Assembly (NCBI RefSeq): GCF_009914755.1
Contig: NC_060931.1
DNA: 64,000 nt
Source: the human T2T-CHM13v2.0 reference genome, Homo sapiens
Strand: one strand, 5' to 3'
The notes under the pieces are model-generated. The model saw nothing but the letters and a program-made list of their open reading frames with translations, was not told where the DNA came from and searched no databases. Numbering within the stretch: position 1 is the first letter of the stretch; every line of letters starts with the position of its first letter. Positions 1 to 20,430 of this stretch are shown one piece after another. The position numbers were made by a program, and so were the translations under genes.

Positions 1-316
1 GAAGGAGTACACTCTAAAATAATCATTAGAAGTATTGAATAGTAAATACCTAAACCAGGAATACAGATGTTTATTATCAATATCAAGTATCATGTATTGT
101 ACAAAAGGGGATGTCCTAGACTTTTATATGACTGGCAGAGCAGTAGGTTTGTTTATACCAGCATCGCCAACAAATACATAAGTAATGCACTGTGCTATGA
201 TGTTCCAAAGGCTACCATGTCACTAGGTGATAAGAATTTTTCAGTTCCATGATAACCTTATGAATCCACCCTCATATATGCAGTCCATCATTGAAATGTT
301 ACACTGCACATGGTTG
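1..316 (-). mobile_element. Tigger3-family (MER7/Golem) DNA transposon, truncated by window start
   Basis: Reverse complement resembles Tigger3 5' end (GACTGGCAG..CAGTAGGTTTGTTTA..ACCAGCATC..TCACTAGGTGATA..GAATTTTTCAG); TA at 317-318. Confidence 0.8.
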
Positions 317-727
317 TACATGGTTTTGTTTCTTCTCTCCACATCTTTAGAAGAAATAACACTATACAAAGCAATAACGATAGCAATGCATCATGTACAT
401 AAAACTACAATAAACAAAAAGAGAAGAGAGAATAGAGTTACAGAGGAGTAACATTTCTGTATGTAAATTACATTGTTAATATAAATCTGAATTCAATTCT
501 GCTAATTTAACATGTATACTATTAGACCTAAAACAACCACTAAGAAAATAATTCAAAAAATTGTAAAAAAAATTACTGAGGGAATTAAATGTTACACTGA
601 AAATATTCACTTAATGCAAATAAAAGCAGTAAAGAAGGAACAGAAGAACAAAAAAGAAATCTGAGACATATAGTAAGCAAAAACTATAGTGGCAGAGGTA
701 AGTCCAAATATGCCAATAATAGCATTA

Positions 728-1056
<329 letters not shown>

Positions 1057-2648
1057 CTAAAGTCAGATATTTTCAGACTGGGTAAACAAACAAGAATCAA
1101 CTATATGTTCCTTGCAGGTGAAATATTTTAAATCCAAAGATACACATAGTTTGAAAGTAAAAGAATGGGAAAATGTATATCACATAAACAGCAACCATAA
1201 AAAAGCTGGAGTAGATTTCTACTATTAGACAACATAGACTTTTTACAAATGCTACTAGAGATAAAAAGGGACATTTTGTAATAAAAAAATGGTCAATCCA
1301 TTAGGAAGATATAAATATTATAAACACATATGCATTTAACAATGAAGCCTGAAATATATCAAGCAAAAAAAATGACAGAATTGAAGAGAGAGACAGACAA
1401 TTCAACAATATTTAAAGAAATCAATATTTTCATTTTCAATAATGGAGAGAACAACTAAGCAGAAGATCAACAAGGAAACAGAAGATTTGAACACTATAAA
1501 CAAACCAGACCTGGCAGACATATAAAGAATACTCAGCCAACAACAGCAGATTACACATTTTTCTCAAGTGCACATGGAACATTCTTGAGGATAAACCTTA
1601 TGCTACACCATAAATCAAGCTTCAATAAATTTAAGAGGATTGAAATTGTACGAAGTGTCTTCTCTAATTACAATTGAATTAGAAATTAATAACAGAAATA
1701 AATTGGGAAATTAACAAATAACATGGAAATTAAGCAGCACTCTTCTAAATAATCAATGGGTCAAAGAAGAAATCACAAGGGAAATTAGAGAATACTTTGA
1801 GATGAATGAAAATGAAGACACAAGTGTCAACATTTATTGGATGAAGCCAAAGCACTGCCTAACTAGAGGAAAATTTACAGCTATAAATGACTATATTAAA
1901 ATAGAAGAAAGACCTCAAGTCAATAATTTAAATTTTCAACTTAAGGCACTGGACAGGAAAAGTGTACACTAAACACATAACAAGCAGAAAGAAGAAAATA
2001 ATAAGAATTAGAATAAATTTTTTAAAGATGAAGAACAGAAAACAGAAAAAATAAACCCCAGAAGTTATTTATTTAAAAGATCAACAAAACTGAAAGACCT
2101 TCAGATAGACTGACCAAGAAAAATGAGAGAAGATGCAAACTACTAAAATCAGAAATGAAAGAGGGGACATTATTACTGACCTTACAGAAATAAAAAGGAT
2201 TATAAGGAAATACCATGAACAAGTGTATGCCAACAAATTAGATAAGTGAGGAGAAATAGAAAAAGTTATAAAAAGACACAAACTACCAAAACTGACTCAA
2301 GAAGAAATAAAAAATCTGAATAGTCTTATAACAAATGAAGAGAACTTAGTTATCAAACAACTTCCTACGAAAAAAGTCCAGAACCATATGGCTTCACTTG
2401 TGAATTCTACCAAATGTTTAAAGAAAAATTAATACCAAGTTTTCACAAACTTTTTGAAAAAACAGGAGAGGAGGGAATATCTCCTAATTCATTCTCCGAG
2501 ACCACTGTTACCCTGACTGAAGCCAGATAAAGAAAGTACATGAAAAGAAAAGTGCAGATCAATGTCTCTCAGGAACTTAGACTAAGAAAAAATCCTCTTC
2601 CTCAGCAAAATTATTATACAAAATGAATTTACTAATGTAGAAAAATAA

Positions 2649-2992
<344 letters not shown>

Positions 2993-3507
2993 CAAGTTGG
3001 GAGATTATCAAAATTAAAATTACATGCTCCAATGGACAGAATCAAGAAAGTGAAAAGACAACCCACAAGTGGGAGAAATATTTGCAAATCATATATCTGA
3101 TGAGAAATTTGTATTTAGAATCTATAAGGAACTCCTACAACCTTATTTAAAAATGGGCGAAGAACTTGATAGACATTTCTCCAAAGAAGACATAAAATGG
3201 TCAAAAAGCACATGAAAAGATTCTCAACATCATTCACTACCAGGGAAACACAAATCAAACCCACAATGATATACTACTCACCATCCACTAGGGTGGCTAT
3301 AAATTAAATAGCAGATTTTAACACATGTCAGTGAAGATGTCATGAAATTGGAAACCTCACATGCTGCTGGTGAAAAGTAAATGATGCAGCTGTCATGGAA
3401 AGACTAGCAGTTCCTTAAATGGCTATGGATAGTTACCATACGACCCAGCAATTCCACTCCTAGACATATACCCAAGATAAACGAAAACATGAAATCTAAC
3501 TACACTA

Positions 3508-3801
3508 GGTCAGGCGTGTTGGCTCACGCCTGTAATCCTAGCATTTTTAGAGGCCGAGGTGGGCAGATCATCTGAGGTCAGGAGTTTGAGACCAGCCTGG
3601 CCAACATGGTGAAACCACATCTCTACTAAAAATACAAAAATTAGCTGGGCGTGGTGGTACGTGCCTGTAATCCCAGCTACTCAGAAGGGTGAGGCAGGAG
3701 AATCACTGGAACCCAGGAGGTGAAAGTTGCAGTGAGCCAAGACTGTGACACTGCACTCCAGCCTGGATGACAGAGTAAGACTCCATCTCAAAAAAAAAAA
3801 A
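3508..3801 (+). mobile_element. Alu (AluS-like)
   Basis: Full dimer plus polyA. Confidence 0.95.
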
Positions 3802-4089
3802 ATTAGAAATATATCTATACTAAAACTTATACATGAATGTTCACAATTACATTATTCATAGCAGATAAAAAATGGAAACAATCCAAATGTCTATCAACTG
3901 ATGAATGGATAAATAAAATGTGACACAGCCATACAATGAAATATTATTTGGAAATAAAAATGAATTAAGTACCAATGAATATTACAACATGGATTCACCT
4001 CAAAAACATTACACAAAGAGAACAAAGTTAGTCACAAAAGACCGCATATTGTATGATTCCATCTGTATAACACTTCCAGAATAGACAAA

Positions 4090-4790
<701 letters not shown>

Positions 4791-5308
4791 ACAAATTTAT
4801 AGGAACAGAAAGTAGATTAATGGTTTCCAGGGACTAGGAGAGTTGGGGGAGACGAGGAATGACAGTGAAGAGGTTCGTAGTTTCATTTTGTACATTATGA
4901 ATATGTTCTAATATAGATTTTTATGATGGTTACACCACACTTTTAATATATTTTTTTAAAACCACTGAATTGTACATTTGAAATTGGCAAATTGCATGAT
5001 ATATGAATTATATTCCAATAAAGTGATCTTAAAAAATCAAATGGAACTCAAAAGGGATTGTCTGGTGAACTGATAAAATTTCTCTAGAGTTTACTCTTAA
5101 TGAAATTATAAGAATCAAACCCATCACTAATTTCTTACATTTCTTAAGTATATTGCATTGGGTATATTATTCAGACTATGGTAATCATTAAAATTTGTGA
5201 ATTCTTATGTTGCAGAGATAGGTTTACACATCTGTTTCCTTCACAGCCTCTGATGCCCTTGAATGCAGCTATTTTGTTTGATTCATCTCTCCTAAATTTC
5301 TCAGTCAG

Positions 5309-5601
5309 GGCAGGGTGCGGTGGCTCACACCTGTAATCCCAGCACTTTGGGAGGCCGATGCGGGCGGATCATGAGGTCAGGAGATCAAGACCTTCCCGGC
5401 TAACATGGTGAAAACCCGTCTCCACTAAAAATACAAAAAATTAGCCAGGCGTGGTGGCAGGCGCCTGTAGTCCCAGCTACTCAGGAGGCTGAGGCAGGAG
5501 AATGGTGTGAACCCAGGAGGCAGAGCTTGCAGTGAGCCGAATGAGCCACTGCACTCCAGCCTGGGTGACAGAGCGAGACTCCATCTCAAAAAAAAAAAAA
5601 A
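5309..5601 (+). mobile_element. Alu (AluY-like)
   Basis: GGCTAAC, GAGAATGGTGTGAACCC, GAGCTTGCAG diagnostics. Confidence 0.93.
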
Positions 5602-5732
5602 ATTCTCAATCCTCAGAGCCCAGCCCTGAGTGCGGGACCTGGTACATGTGTCAGACATTGTGGCCCATGGGCTTTGTGGCACATCCCACTCTTGGGAAGC
5701 ATTGCATTAACATTCTACAAGAGGCACCCATT

Positions 5733-6354
<622 letters not shown>

Positions 6355-7145
6355 TCACTGTGTTAACATCCTACGAGACGCAAGCATAGTAACCAGAGGC
6401 ACCTATGTGGAAAAGTTGTTGGACAGCCTCACAGAGGTTCAGCTTCCTTTCGGGGTCTTGATACTTTCTTTTCCACCTTGTCTGTATCAGGAGAAGTCAA
6501 ATATAGAAGGCAGAGAGAGTCAAAAAAGGGTGACATTAAAAACTTTGAGCTCAAAGTCTGATTGTTACATTTCAATTTTCCTAGGTTATAATTTGATTCT
6601 ATCATATCTTTCAGGTTGGAACTAAAGGATTAATGGTTAAGTTCCATGTTTCTGGCCTATGGAAAATTTCCCTATCATGAATAGGAGGGCTCTACTTACA
6701 ACACCACGGATTTCATGGCCATAAGTGGAAAGACTTAGTGATTACAAATAACACCTGTTATAAAAATAACTACCCAGACCCTATGTTACTAAAAATATTT
6801 TTAAAAATTGTTTGGTGAGGCTTCCCCTATCAAAGAGAATATTTCTTTCTATTAAGGATTTATACTGAATAAGTGCAAAAGCTCAAATGCCTAAAGTTTA
6901 TTGCAAGCAACAGTCATTAAGCCAAATCTTAAGTCAAAGCCAAGATTGATGTACCCAACTCCACTGATTATTACTGTAAAAAGAAAATACGATTTTTGGA
7001 GTATAACTTATTAAGTTGGGTTTAGTTACACAATGGTTCTCAAGCAATATATTTCCTAAATCATTCTACTATTGTTTCATTTAACTACTCATTCAATATC
7101 TATTACTCAAAAATTCCACTCTATTCAAAATGGATCATGGACTTA

Positions 7146-7485
<340 letters not shown>

Positions 7486-7872
7486 TACACAGGATAAAAT
7501 CTTAGGTATCTAGGGCTAGCCAAAGAGTTCTTAGATTTGACACAGAAAGCACAATTCATAAAAGAAAAAATTAATAAATTGAACTCATCAAATTAAAACC
7601 TTTCACTTTGAGCAAGAGCTTAAAGAGGATGAAAAGACAAGCTACAAATGAGAAGAAAATATTTTCAAACTATGTATCTGACAAAGGACTCATATCTAGA
7701 ATAAAAAACTCAAAACTCAACAATAAAAAAAATCAAACTATGTCATTAGAAAATGGACAAAAGACATGAAGGAACATTTCACCAAAGATGGCAATTAAGC
7801 ACATGAAAATATGTTCAATATAATGAGCCATTAGGGAAATGCAAATTAAAATCATGATGAAATATTAATACA

Positions 7873-8085
7873 GGCTGTGTGCAGTGGCTCATGCCTGTAA
7901 TCCCAACACTTTAGGAAGTCAAGATGGGTGGAACACCTGAGGTCAGGAGATCGAGACCAGCCTGGCCAACATAGTGAAACTCTGTCTCTACTAAAAACAC
8001 AAAAAATTAGCTGGACATGGTGGTACATGCTTGGGGGATAGAGTGAGACTCAGTCTCAAAATAAAATAAAATAAAATAAAATAAA
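7873..8085 (+). mobile_element. Alu with internal right-arm deletion
   Basis: TSD AAAT(A/G)TTAATACA; (AAAAT)n tail. Confidence 0.9.
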
Positions 8086-8093
8086 TGTTAATA

Positions 8094-8615
8094 CAGTAGC
8101 CCCCAACATTTTGGGCACCAGGGACTGGTTTTGTGGAAGACAATTTTTCCATGGACCCATGGCAGGGGTGGTTTTGGGATAATTCAAATGCATTAAATTT
8201 ACTGTGCACTTTATTTCTATTATTACATTGTAGTATATAATGAAATAATTACACAACTCACCATAATATATAATTAGTGGGAGCCCTAGGCTTGTTCTCC
8301 TGCAACTAGATGGTCCCATTGGGGGTGATGGGTGACAGTGACAGATTATCAGGAATTAGATTGTCGTAAGAAGCACGCAACCTAGATCCCTCACATGCTC
8401 AGTTCACAATAGGGTTCGTGCTCCTATGAGAATCTAATGCTGCGGCTGCTCTGACAGGAGGCGGGGCTCAGGTGTTCATGGAAGCAATTGGCAGTGACTC
8501 TAAGTATAGATGAAGCTTCACTCACCTGCTCACCACTCACCTCATGCTGTGCAGCTCGGTTCCTAACAGGCCACAGACCAATTCCAGTCCATGGCCCAGG
8601 GGTTGGGGACCCCTA
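8094..8615 (-). mobile_element. MER1A hAT-Charlie MITE, full length
   Basis: ~520 bp; termini CAGTAGCCCCCAAC and GTTGGGGACCCCT; internal GGCACCAGGGACTGGTTTTGTGGAAGACAATTTTTCCATGGAC. Confidence 0.9.
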
Positions 8616-8929
8616 TATTCATATATATCCATCAGAGTGACTGGTGGCTAACATTAAAAATAGTGCCAACATCAAATGCTGGCAAGGATGCAGAGAAACT
8701 TAGTCATTCAAATACTGCTGGTGGGAATATAAAATGGTATAGCTACTCTGAAAATTAGCTTGGTATTAATAGTTTCTTATAAAACTAAACATGCAACTAT
8801 CATATGACCCAACAATGGCATTCTTAAAGCATTTATTGCAGAAAAATGGAAACTCAGACATCTTTCAACAAGTGAATATACTGTGTTATATCCATACCAT
8901 GGGATACTAATCAGCGAAAAATGAACAAA

Positions 8930-9190
8930 CTTTAGGAGGCTGAAGCAGGAGGATTGCTAGAGTTCAGGAGTTCAAGACTAGTTCAAGATGTGGGCAAAGT
9001 AGCAAGACCTCATCTCTAGAAAAAAATGGAAAAATTAGCCAGACCTGGTGGTCTGCATCTGTAGTCACAGCTACTCAGGAGGCAGAGGTGGGAGGATTGC
9101 AGGAGTTTGAGGCTGCAGTGAGCCATGAGATCATGCCACTCAACTCTAGCCTGGGCAACGGAGCAAGACCCTGTCTCAAAAAAAAAAAAA
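8930..9190 (+). mobile_element. Alu (AluJ-like), 5' truncated
   Basis: GGAGTTTGAGGCTGCAGTGAGCCATG, polyA. Confidence 0.9.
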
Positions 9191-9316
9191 GCAATCATAG
9201 AAGAATGATAGGGAGGAAGGAAGGGCATTGTGCCTGTAAGCAGTCTGACCAGTTGCAGTTGCTTCCCAGGAGAAATGGTGTAGAAGTGGCAAGGGAGGGC
9301 AAAGAAGACACATTCC

Positions 9317-9998
<682 letters not shown>

Positions 9999-10521
9999 TT
10001 AAGCATTCGTCCCAGAGCACACTTCAGAAAGATTTGGGAGGCTTGGGACAGTGGGCTTAGGAGAGCAGAATATGGCAGTAGGGAATTATGTGTTGTACAG
10101 GGTAACATGGAGATAAGAACCAAGAGATGATAGATGTCTGGAAAGCTTGGGTTTCCAGGGGCTCCAGAGATAAAGTATAGGATAAGAATGGTGCTACAGA
10201 TGAAGGCAATTAGTGTAGATTAAGGCAACTAGTATAGGCCCTAGTCCAGAATGTTTAGGGACTTTCTATTGTGAGAAGCCTGAATATACTACCAGATACA
10301 ACTGTGTTTTTCTACAAGTGACTATTTGAATCGGATAGTCTTTCAGTGAGAAAATGGAACTGAATCGGGAGTCTGACACTGGGTATGGCAGAGTCTAATC
10401 TGAAATGGGTGAGGGTCTCCAGGAAATAGTGATGGAAACAAAATTGAAGTTGCCCAATATATCTCCACTGCCTAAGAGAGTCGGGTACGTGATAGAGGCT
10501 CAAGAAGAAACAAATTAATTA

Positions 10522-10974
<453 letters not shown>

Positions 10975-12252
10975 TCAAGAGAGATACTAGGGGATTAAAC
11001 TCATGGAATAAAACCATCCACAGTGGAAGAGCCACCAGGTGTCTTGTGGGCCCACCGTGAGTGCTTCTAGAACCCAGGGAGAATGCACAGTTTTCTAGTA
11101 GCAAAAGTTGTTGCTGTGACTCTTGATCTGTTTGATGTTCTTTTGAGTCATTTGATCCCTTCAAATGTGCTCCATCACCTCCCAGAAAAATTCCAGCCTC
11201 CAAACATGTGGTGCAAAGAAGAACCCTTGAGATTTAATATAGTGTGTGGCTTGTGATTAGAAGAAGACCCCATTGATAACATATGTATTCTGCGTGAGGT
11301 CCACTAAGGGCCATCCACCTTCCATATGCCAAAGATTTCTTTCCTGGGGAAAATAAACATTGCAATCCTAAATTGATCACACTCCTGGTTATCTCTTACG
11401 ATTTTAGTTACATGGCATGGTGCTCTCAAAACAAACTTCATTTTCATCATATTGAATAAAAAATACCAGCCATGTTGATCTATGAGGAAGAAGGTAGGTT
11501 GCACAAAATCAAATGGCAATATATTGCTGCTGCTCTAAAAAAGAATTGCTGCTCTAGAGAATACTCCCTTCCTAAATGGCTATAGAGGCCCCACGCTCCA
11601 GAAAAGTCAGAAGAAAAATTACCTCCCAGCTTGTGCATTTATTTTTATGGCTGTACTTGATTGCTTCTCCCACTTCTGCCTACAACATACCCCAGTGCCC
11701 GTCAATTCCCAGACCTAATCCTAGACCAGTTTCCAAAGTCCCAACTGGGCCAGTTTGCTGAAATGACATGGTACGATCGGCTTTTGCCAGGCATCCAAGT
11801 CAAGAATTATAAAGTGAATGAGTCTATCTGTCTTTATAAGTGCATTGTGAACTTTATAGTTAAATATTAAACTTGCGTCATAAAAAATGGCTCATAAATG
11901 GCTAATAAAAACCTACTTTACAGCTTATAAAGTGCATCAGTACTTTACATGGGTTTGCTTAGAAAGATTTATGTGCAAGCTCTTTGTCTTCTTGTTAGAA
12001 ATTATTCCCCACTCTCCATACCACCCCCCCCAAAAAAAAACATTAAAAATAACTCTTGAAAAATGACCCTTTGGTTGAACTCTGTGTGGTACCAAATTCG
12101 AGGGCTCCGAGAAATTCAGACCCAATGTGCTACTGCTCATTAATATAGAGAATGCCTGGGGTTCCCTAACTGGCACAATCACCAGATACACCCAGGGTGG
12201 GTGGCTCCTTGGGAGGTACATATAAATTGGCAGTAACCTTAAGACCAAGTAA

Positions 12253-12555
<303 letters not shown>

Positions 12556-13249
12556 AGACCAAGTAAGGTCTACACAACCCTTAGCACTTTAGCATGAAAT
12601 CAGGTGTTAGCCCCAGTCCTGAGGCCACAAAGAGCTTTGTGAAAACAGCAGAGATGCCAACACGACAATCCCCAAGCCACAGAGAGTGAGTGAACCACCC
12701 CCAAAAGCACTCAGAGACTCCTTTATTGAGTTTCAAGAGATGGAACAGCTCCCTCTTCCTGCCTCTCTCTCTGTCTCCTTCCCTTAATGCATTCGTGATA
12801 TATGTGACTGCAATTCACTCACCCCCTCCACCCTATTTCACTTTTTATTACCCATTGCACTGCTTTATCCAGGTTTATATACTTCATTATGTTCTGTGCT
12901 GTCACTTCCCTTATTTCATTTCTGATTTTTATTTTAAACTCGGCAGCTGGCAGCTGCATTGCCGCTGTCTGCCTCCTGCTTCTGCAAAGCCCCTCTGCGC
13001 TGCCAGAGACCAAGGTCTTCCATTATGTATTGACTGCAGTCTTTGAGACATTGCCAAGGAGGTGGAGTTCTGGGTATGGGATACCACACCCTGGACATGG
13101 GAATAGAAAACCTTTGTTCCTGCATTTGTCTTGCCACCAGGTAGCTGTGATGCTTTCGGATATTTAATTGGCTTTTGAGCAGGGTCAAATGTAAAAAGAA
13201 AAGTGATTGAATGAAATGATCTCCAAGATGCTAAACTATTCTCCGATGC

Positions 13250-13350
13250 TGCATCATCTACAAAATGTGGATAATAGCTTCTCTGCTTTCCACTCAAGAT
13301 TGTTATCAGGACTAAATGAGATTAGGGCAGTCAAGGAGCTTTGAATATTA
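13250..13350 (+). mobile_element. MIR fragment
   Basis: CATCTACAAAATGTGGATAATA..GATTGTTATCAGGACTAAATGAGAT. Confidence 0.55.
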
Positions 13351-13721
13351 TAATGCTTTTTCCAAACCTACGATATTATATTAATTATTAAAGAGTGATT
13401 TCAGCACTTTCCTTGTCAACATATTATTTTTTTTTTATATCTCAAGATACTCCCTCTGCTTTTTTAAAGAAGGCAATCTTGTGTTTTCTCAAGGGAGGCA
13501 TTTAATCATCCTTGCAACCATGAGCATTTATAAAGCCAGGTGCCAGAGAGAGATCAAAGAAATAGAGAAAACAGATTCTACCCTTGTTCAGCTTTCTAAG
13601 ACTGGAGAACAAACCTATGGCCAAAGAAATAGCAAGAACCAGGGCAGGAGAATCGCTCTGGGGCCTCCTGGAAGGAGGCAACATTTAAGCTAGACTTTGG
13701 AAGGATAAATGGTTCTTCTAA

Positions 13722-14039
<318 letters not shown>

Positions 14040-14381
14040 TAAAATAGCATCAAATGAGTTTTAATTTTAAAGATTTAGAAAGTGAAGAGTTCTTCTCTAA
14101 TGGGCACTTCAGCTTTGCCAAATGTTGGTGTCTGGAACCATTTGGGCTCACTAGGGAACATTAAGATTTCAGGACCCTGAACATCTTTCTTTTAAGGTAT
14201 TGAAGGAAAGTCAAGCCTTATCATCAGATGTACTAAATACAAAATTAGGGTGCTGCATGAGTCACATTTTTTGTTCTTTTTGATTTGAAGAACTTCTCCT
14301 TTCCTGCAACAAAAAACTGCATCTCAAATAGCCCCTTGATCATTGTCAAAGGGAGAAGACCCTGGTCCAAGGTGAGGCAGT

Positions 14382-14440
14382 CAGTGAGACTCCATCTCAA
14401 AAAAAAAAAAAAGAAAAGAAAAAAGAAAAAAGGAAAAAAG
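14382..14440 (+). mobile_element. Alu 3' remnant with A-rich tail
   Basis: AGTGAGACTCCATCTC plus polyA. Confidence 0.7.
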
Positions 14441-14499
14441 GAGGCTTTGGTGTCTTAGATTCCCAGTATCCAGGTATGTCTAGCTACTCTCAGTCATTC

Positions 14500-14591
14500 T
14501 AGATTATGGACGCAAATAACTTCTCCATTTTACTTCAGCCAGGTGCACTGGGTTTCTCTCACTTGTGATTGAAAATATCCCCACTAATGTA
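14500..14591 (+). mobile_element. Old MLT1-type LTR 3' end fragment
   Basis: AAATAACTTCTCCATTTTACTTCAGCCAG..GGGTTTCTCTCACTTG..CTAATGTA. Confidence 0.45.
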
Positions 14592-15339
14592 GATAGCCTC
14601 GTAGTTCTTGAAGACCAGGTCTCAGTCTACTCTTCCCAACTAATTTCTGACAATTCTTCTACCTGCCAACTGAAGTCTCATTATGGAGAATCACTTGTAG
14701 TTACCCCAACTCCCCCATGTCTTTCCATAACTCTACATGTTTGCAAATTCTTTTTCCTCTATCTAGGATATGCTTCCCTGATTTGTCTATCTGGAAACCT
14801 TCAACTCTTTCCCAACAGCTCTACTGAAACTCTAAGGCCAACCTGAAGCCTCTCACTATTACAAAATTGCTTTGATATCCAATGAACACTCTCAACATGA
14901 TTAGTATTGGCTTAGACTCAAACGGAGGATGCAAAAACTTGTGGACTAAGAGACATTGCCACTGTTATCAAGGAGTTAAGCATCTAGTTGAGGAGTAAGA
15001 TTAATTCCATGAAACAATATGAGAGAATGTACAATCAAGCCCCAATTTGGACAGTACAGATTTTAAATGCCAAAGGAGTTGAGAAAAAAGGAAAAATTCA
15101 TCCCAGCTGATTCTGCAAAAACTCCAACTCATGGCTCACATGTATATAGCAGCTGAAAATAGTACACTCCCACCAATTGTACTGCCACCAGCAAATTATT
15201 GGAATTTTCTCCCCAACAAGGATGAGAGAGAAAAGAATTAGGGAGGGAGAGAAAAGGGCTGGATTATAAATATTCTCACCTGGGAGGGAAAACAGTCGAA
15301 ATGCAAATGAGGTTGTCAAAATTTGCTTCACCTCTTTCA

Positions 15340-15955
<616 letters not shown>

Positions 15956-16241
15956 CAACTCATTCATTAATTTATTCATTCGTTTAACGAATATCTGTAG
16001 AACTCCAATAACGTGCCTGACAATATTCTGAGTGTTGGAGAATCCACAGTGAACCAAATATCAAAAGTCCTTGTCCTCCCAGTTTTGATAAAAGTAGAAA
16101 GAGACCGACATGAAGCCAATAAGCAAGTAAAATATGCAATTTATCAAATGGTGGTAAGCGCTACAGAGAAACATAAGTCAAGGTAAGGGGGAAAAGGAGT
16201 GACATTGCAATTTTGATTACCATGGTAAGAGAAAGCAGTAA

Positions 16242-16671
<430 letters not shown>

Positions 16672-17021
16672 TAAAGAGAGACATTGACGAAACTAGACAG
16701 CGGCGTGGGGCCCACATCTCGCAGATCTTCAGCAGCCGTTCTGAAGTCTTCAGCTTTGACCTTGATTGAGACAAGAAGCCATTGCTGTGTTGGACAGAGA
16801 TATGATATGATGTAAGCTCTGTTTCACCAGGGTCACTCTGTCTGCTGTGCTAAGAACAGATTATTGGGGGGAAGAGGTAAAAACAGGAGGACAACTTAGA
16901 AGGCTATTAAGGTGATCCAGAAAGAAATGCTGGTAAGTGGAAGAAGATGAATCAGGATGAAGCAGGGAAACTGGTGACAAGTGGTTGAATTCTGGCTGCA
17001 TTTAGAAAGTAAAGCCAACAG

Positions 17022-17292
17022 GGCTGGGTGCGGTGGCTCACGCCTGTAATTCCAGCACTTTGGGAGGCCGAGGTGGGTGGATCATCTGAGATCAGGAGTT
17101 CAAGACCAGCCTGGCCAACATGGTGAAACTCCGTGTCCAGAAAAATACAAAAATTAGCCGGGCATGATGGCAGGTGCCTATAATCCCAGCTACTCAGGAG
17201 GCTGGGGCGGGAGAATCGCTTGAACCTGGGAGGTGGAGGTTGCAGTGAGCTGAGATTGCGCCATTGTGCAAAAAAAAAAAAAAAAAAAAAAA
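17022..17292 (+). mobile_element. Alu lacking the last ~35 nt before polyA
   Basis: TSD AGAAAGTA(A/G)AGCCAACAG. Confidence 0.93.
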
Positions 17293-18564
17293 GAAAGTAG
17301 AGCCAACAGGATTTAGCAATGGGGTGGGCGTGGAGTGTTAAAAAAAAGAGAGAGATAATTTTATTTCTGTTTAAAGCAACTGAAAGAATAATGCGAATGT
17401 TAACTGACATGGGGGAAACTACGGGATAAATATGTTTAGGGGAAGATGTGTATACACAGTGAGGACATAAGTGTGTGTATAATTTACATGTGTTTTTCCT
17501 ATAACCACCCATCTCCTTTCTTCTTATTCTAAACTGGTAGCTGAGCTCTGTAATTCCTAGACCCAGGGATTTGCATAGGGCAGAAATAGAAGCAGCCTGA
17601 AGACCAGGGATCTTTCTTGTTCTGGAAAGGACTTATTGGACATCATGAAGGAAATGGTGCTGAGTCTTTAAACAGAAGAACAGGAAAAGTCTCTTGAGGA
17701 TGAAGAAATTCAGAAAGGACACTTGCCCCAGACTGAGTAGGAAGAGAGCAGTCTGCAGTTTTTGGATTTTGACCCAAGTTTCATTCCCCAACAGTTAGGA
17801 AAGCAGCAGGAACTTGGAGAGGCAGCCGAGCAGCATGTCCTTAGACTCTTAGTCCATAGCATGTGCAGATTTTTTTGCCCTGTGCAAAGCAGTGCACAGC
17901 AGAGAAAGCCATAATTTAGGAAGACCAAGAAAATGGGGAAAAGCGACAGCAACCTGTGGGAACCTATGACCAAAACTCTGAGAGCACCTTCCATTGCCTT
18001 AACACTACATAAGACCTTTATCACTTGGCCCAAAACAATGGTGGAACCCCCAAACTTATGCAATTAGATCTTCTGCCTGCTTGACAGAACTTTGGAGCTT
18101 TGGAATCAATATCACACTGAGTTATAGAAAATGAAACATGACATTTCTTGCACATCTGAGATTGTGTGGTTAGATGTATGTCCATCGGAAGAGAAAATGC
18201 ATATCAAAGGGTATAGAAGAACACAGTCCACACTGACAAGAGCGCCCCTATCTGGACTGGAGGGTGGGCTCAGATGTGCCATGTAAAGAGGTCCTTTTAT
18301 TCTTTACTCCGTGAATTTGATGCTGTTTGACTATTTCCCCCACAACCATATGTCTGTGGCATGCTTGTAGAATTAGAATTATTTTTCATCTTCATCTCAT
18401 TTTGAAGCCAAGCTGTTGGGAAATGCTGGCAAACACCTCCTTTTTCTCTTGCAGTAATCATTTTGTCATTACATTTTTCTATAGAGATAGATTTTATCCC
18501 ATGCAATAATAAAATATTTTTTTTGAAAAAGGTAATATAAATTCATTATTTAAATTAATTAACC

Positions 18565-19215
<651 letters not shown>

Positions 19216-20061
19216 GAACCTATATTTTAAATAAAATACATAAAATATTTTAAAATAATAAGAAATGTATCTAAAGCCACTTTTCAAGTGAACCAGCATG
19301 CATATACACATCTCCAACAAATTTGATTTGGAAAATCCACCTGCTTTGTACAGCAGATTATATTTAAGTACACGATGCTTTCAGACGTAGAGATTTATCT
19401 CTACATTAGCTCTCTAGTAAAATCATCTTGTTCCAAAGACTAAGAATCTTGAATAGGAGAGAAAGATGTATTGTTTGACTGTGGATTATTGCTGCAGGAG
19501 TGAGATCAATGGTATACAAGTCTCTTGAAGGAAAGAGGGACTCTCTCTCTCTCTCTCTGCCTTGTTAAGTAAAGGCATGAGGCCTGTGATTTCCTTGAGC
19601 CATTAGGAGTGATCAATAAACTCAGCCTCGCAGATTCCTGATAGATAACTCTGTAGTCCTCAACATGCTCCAAGGACCCTAGGGAATCTTCTCAAACTCA
19701 AAGACCCCCAAGTGCAACACGAATGTGGAATAGGAAAGTCTGCCAGGCCACCAAGACTCCTAGAGCCCCCATCAGCATCAATAAGTCAAACTCATGGCCA
19801 ACCTCCCTTTTTTAATTGAGAAAATTATGACAGGGAAAGAGATCTGATTTAACCTACTCCATCTTGCTTCTAACCTCCAAGCTGTCCTTGTTCATTCCTG
19901 GGAGTACGCTGAACTAACTTTTGGAGGAATTTAGTTTACAGTTTAACTTTAAAGCAAAGATGATAACAACCCTTTCCCGAGATGGACCCCCTTCTTGCCT
20001 GGGGACTAGTCTGCCTTTGTAGGACTAACAAAGTAGCCATAAGATTAGAAATTAAGATTTA

Positions 20062-20430
<369 letters not shown>

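Noticed and set aside
18240-18256. CTCF-like AGCGCCCCTATCTGG
   Set aside because: Three mismatches in the core consensus
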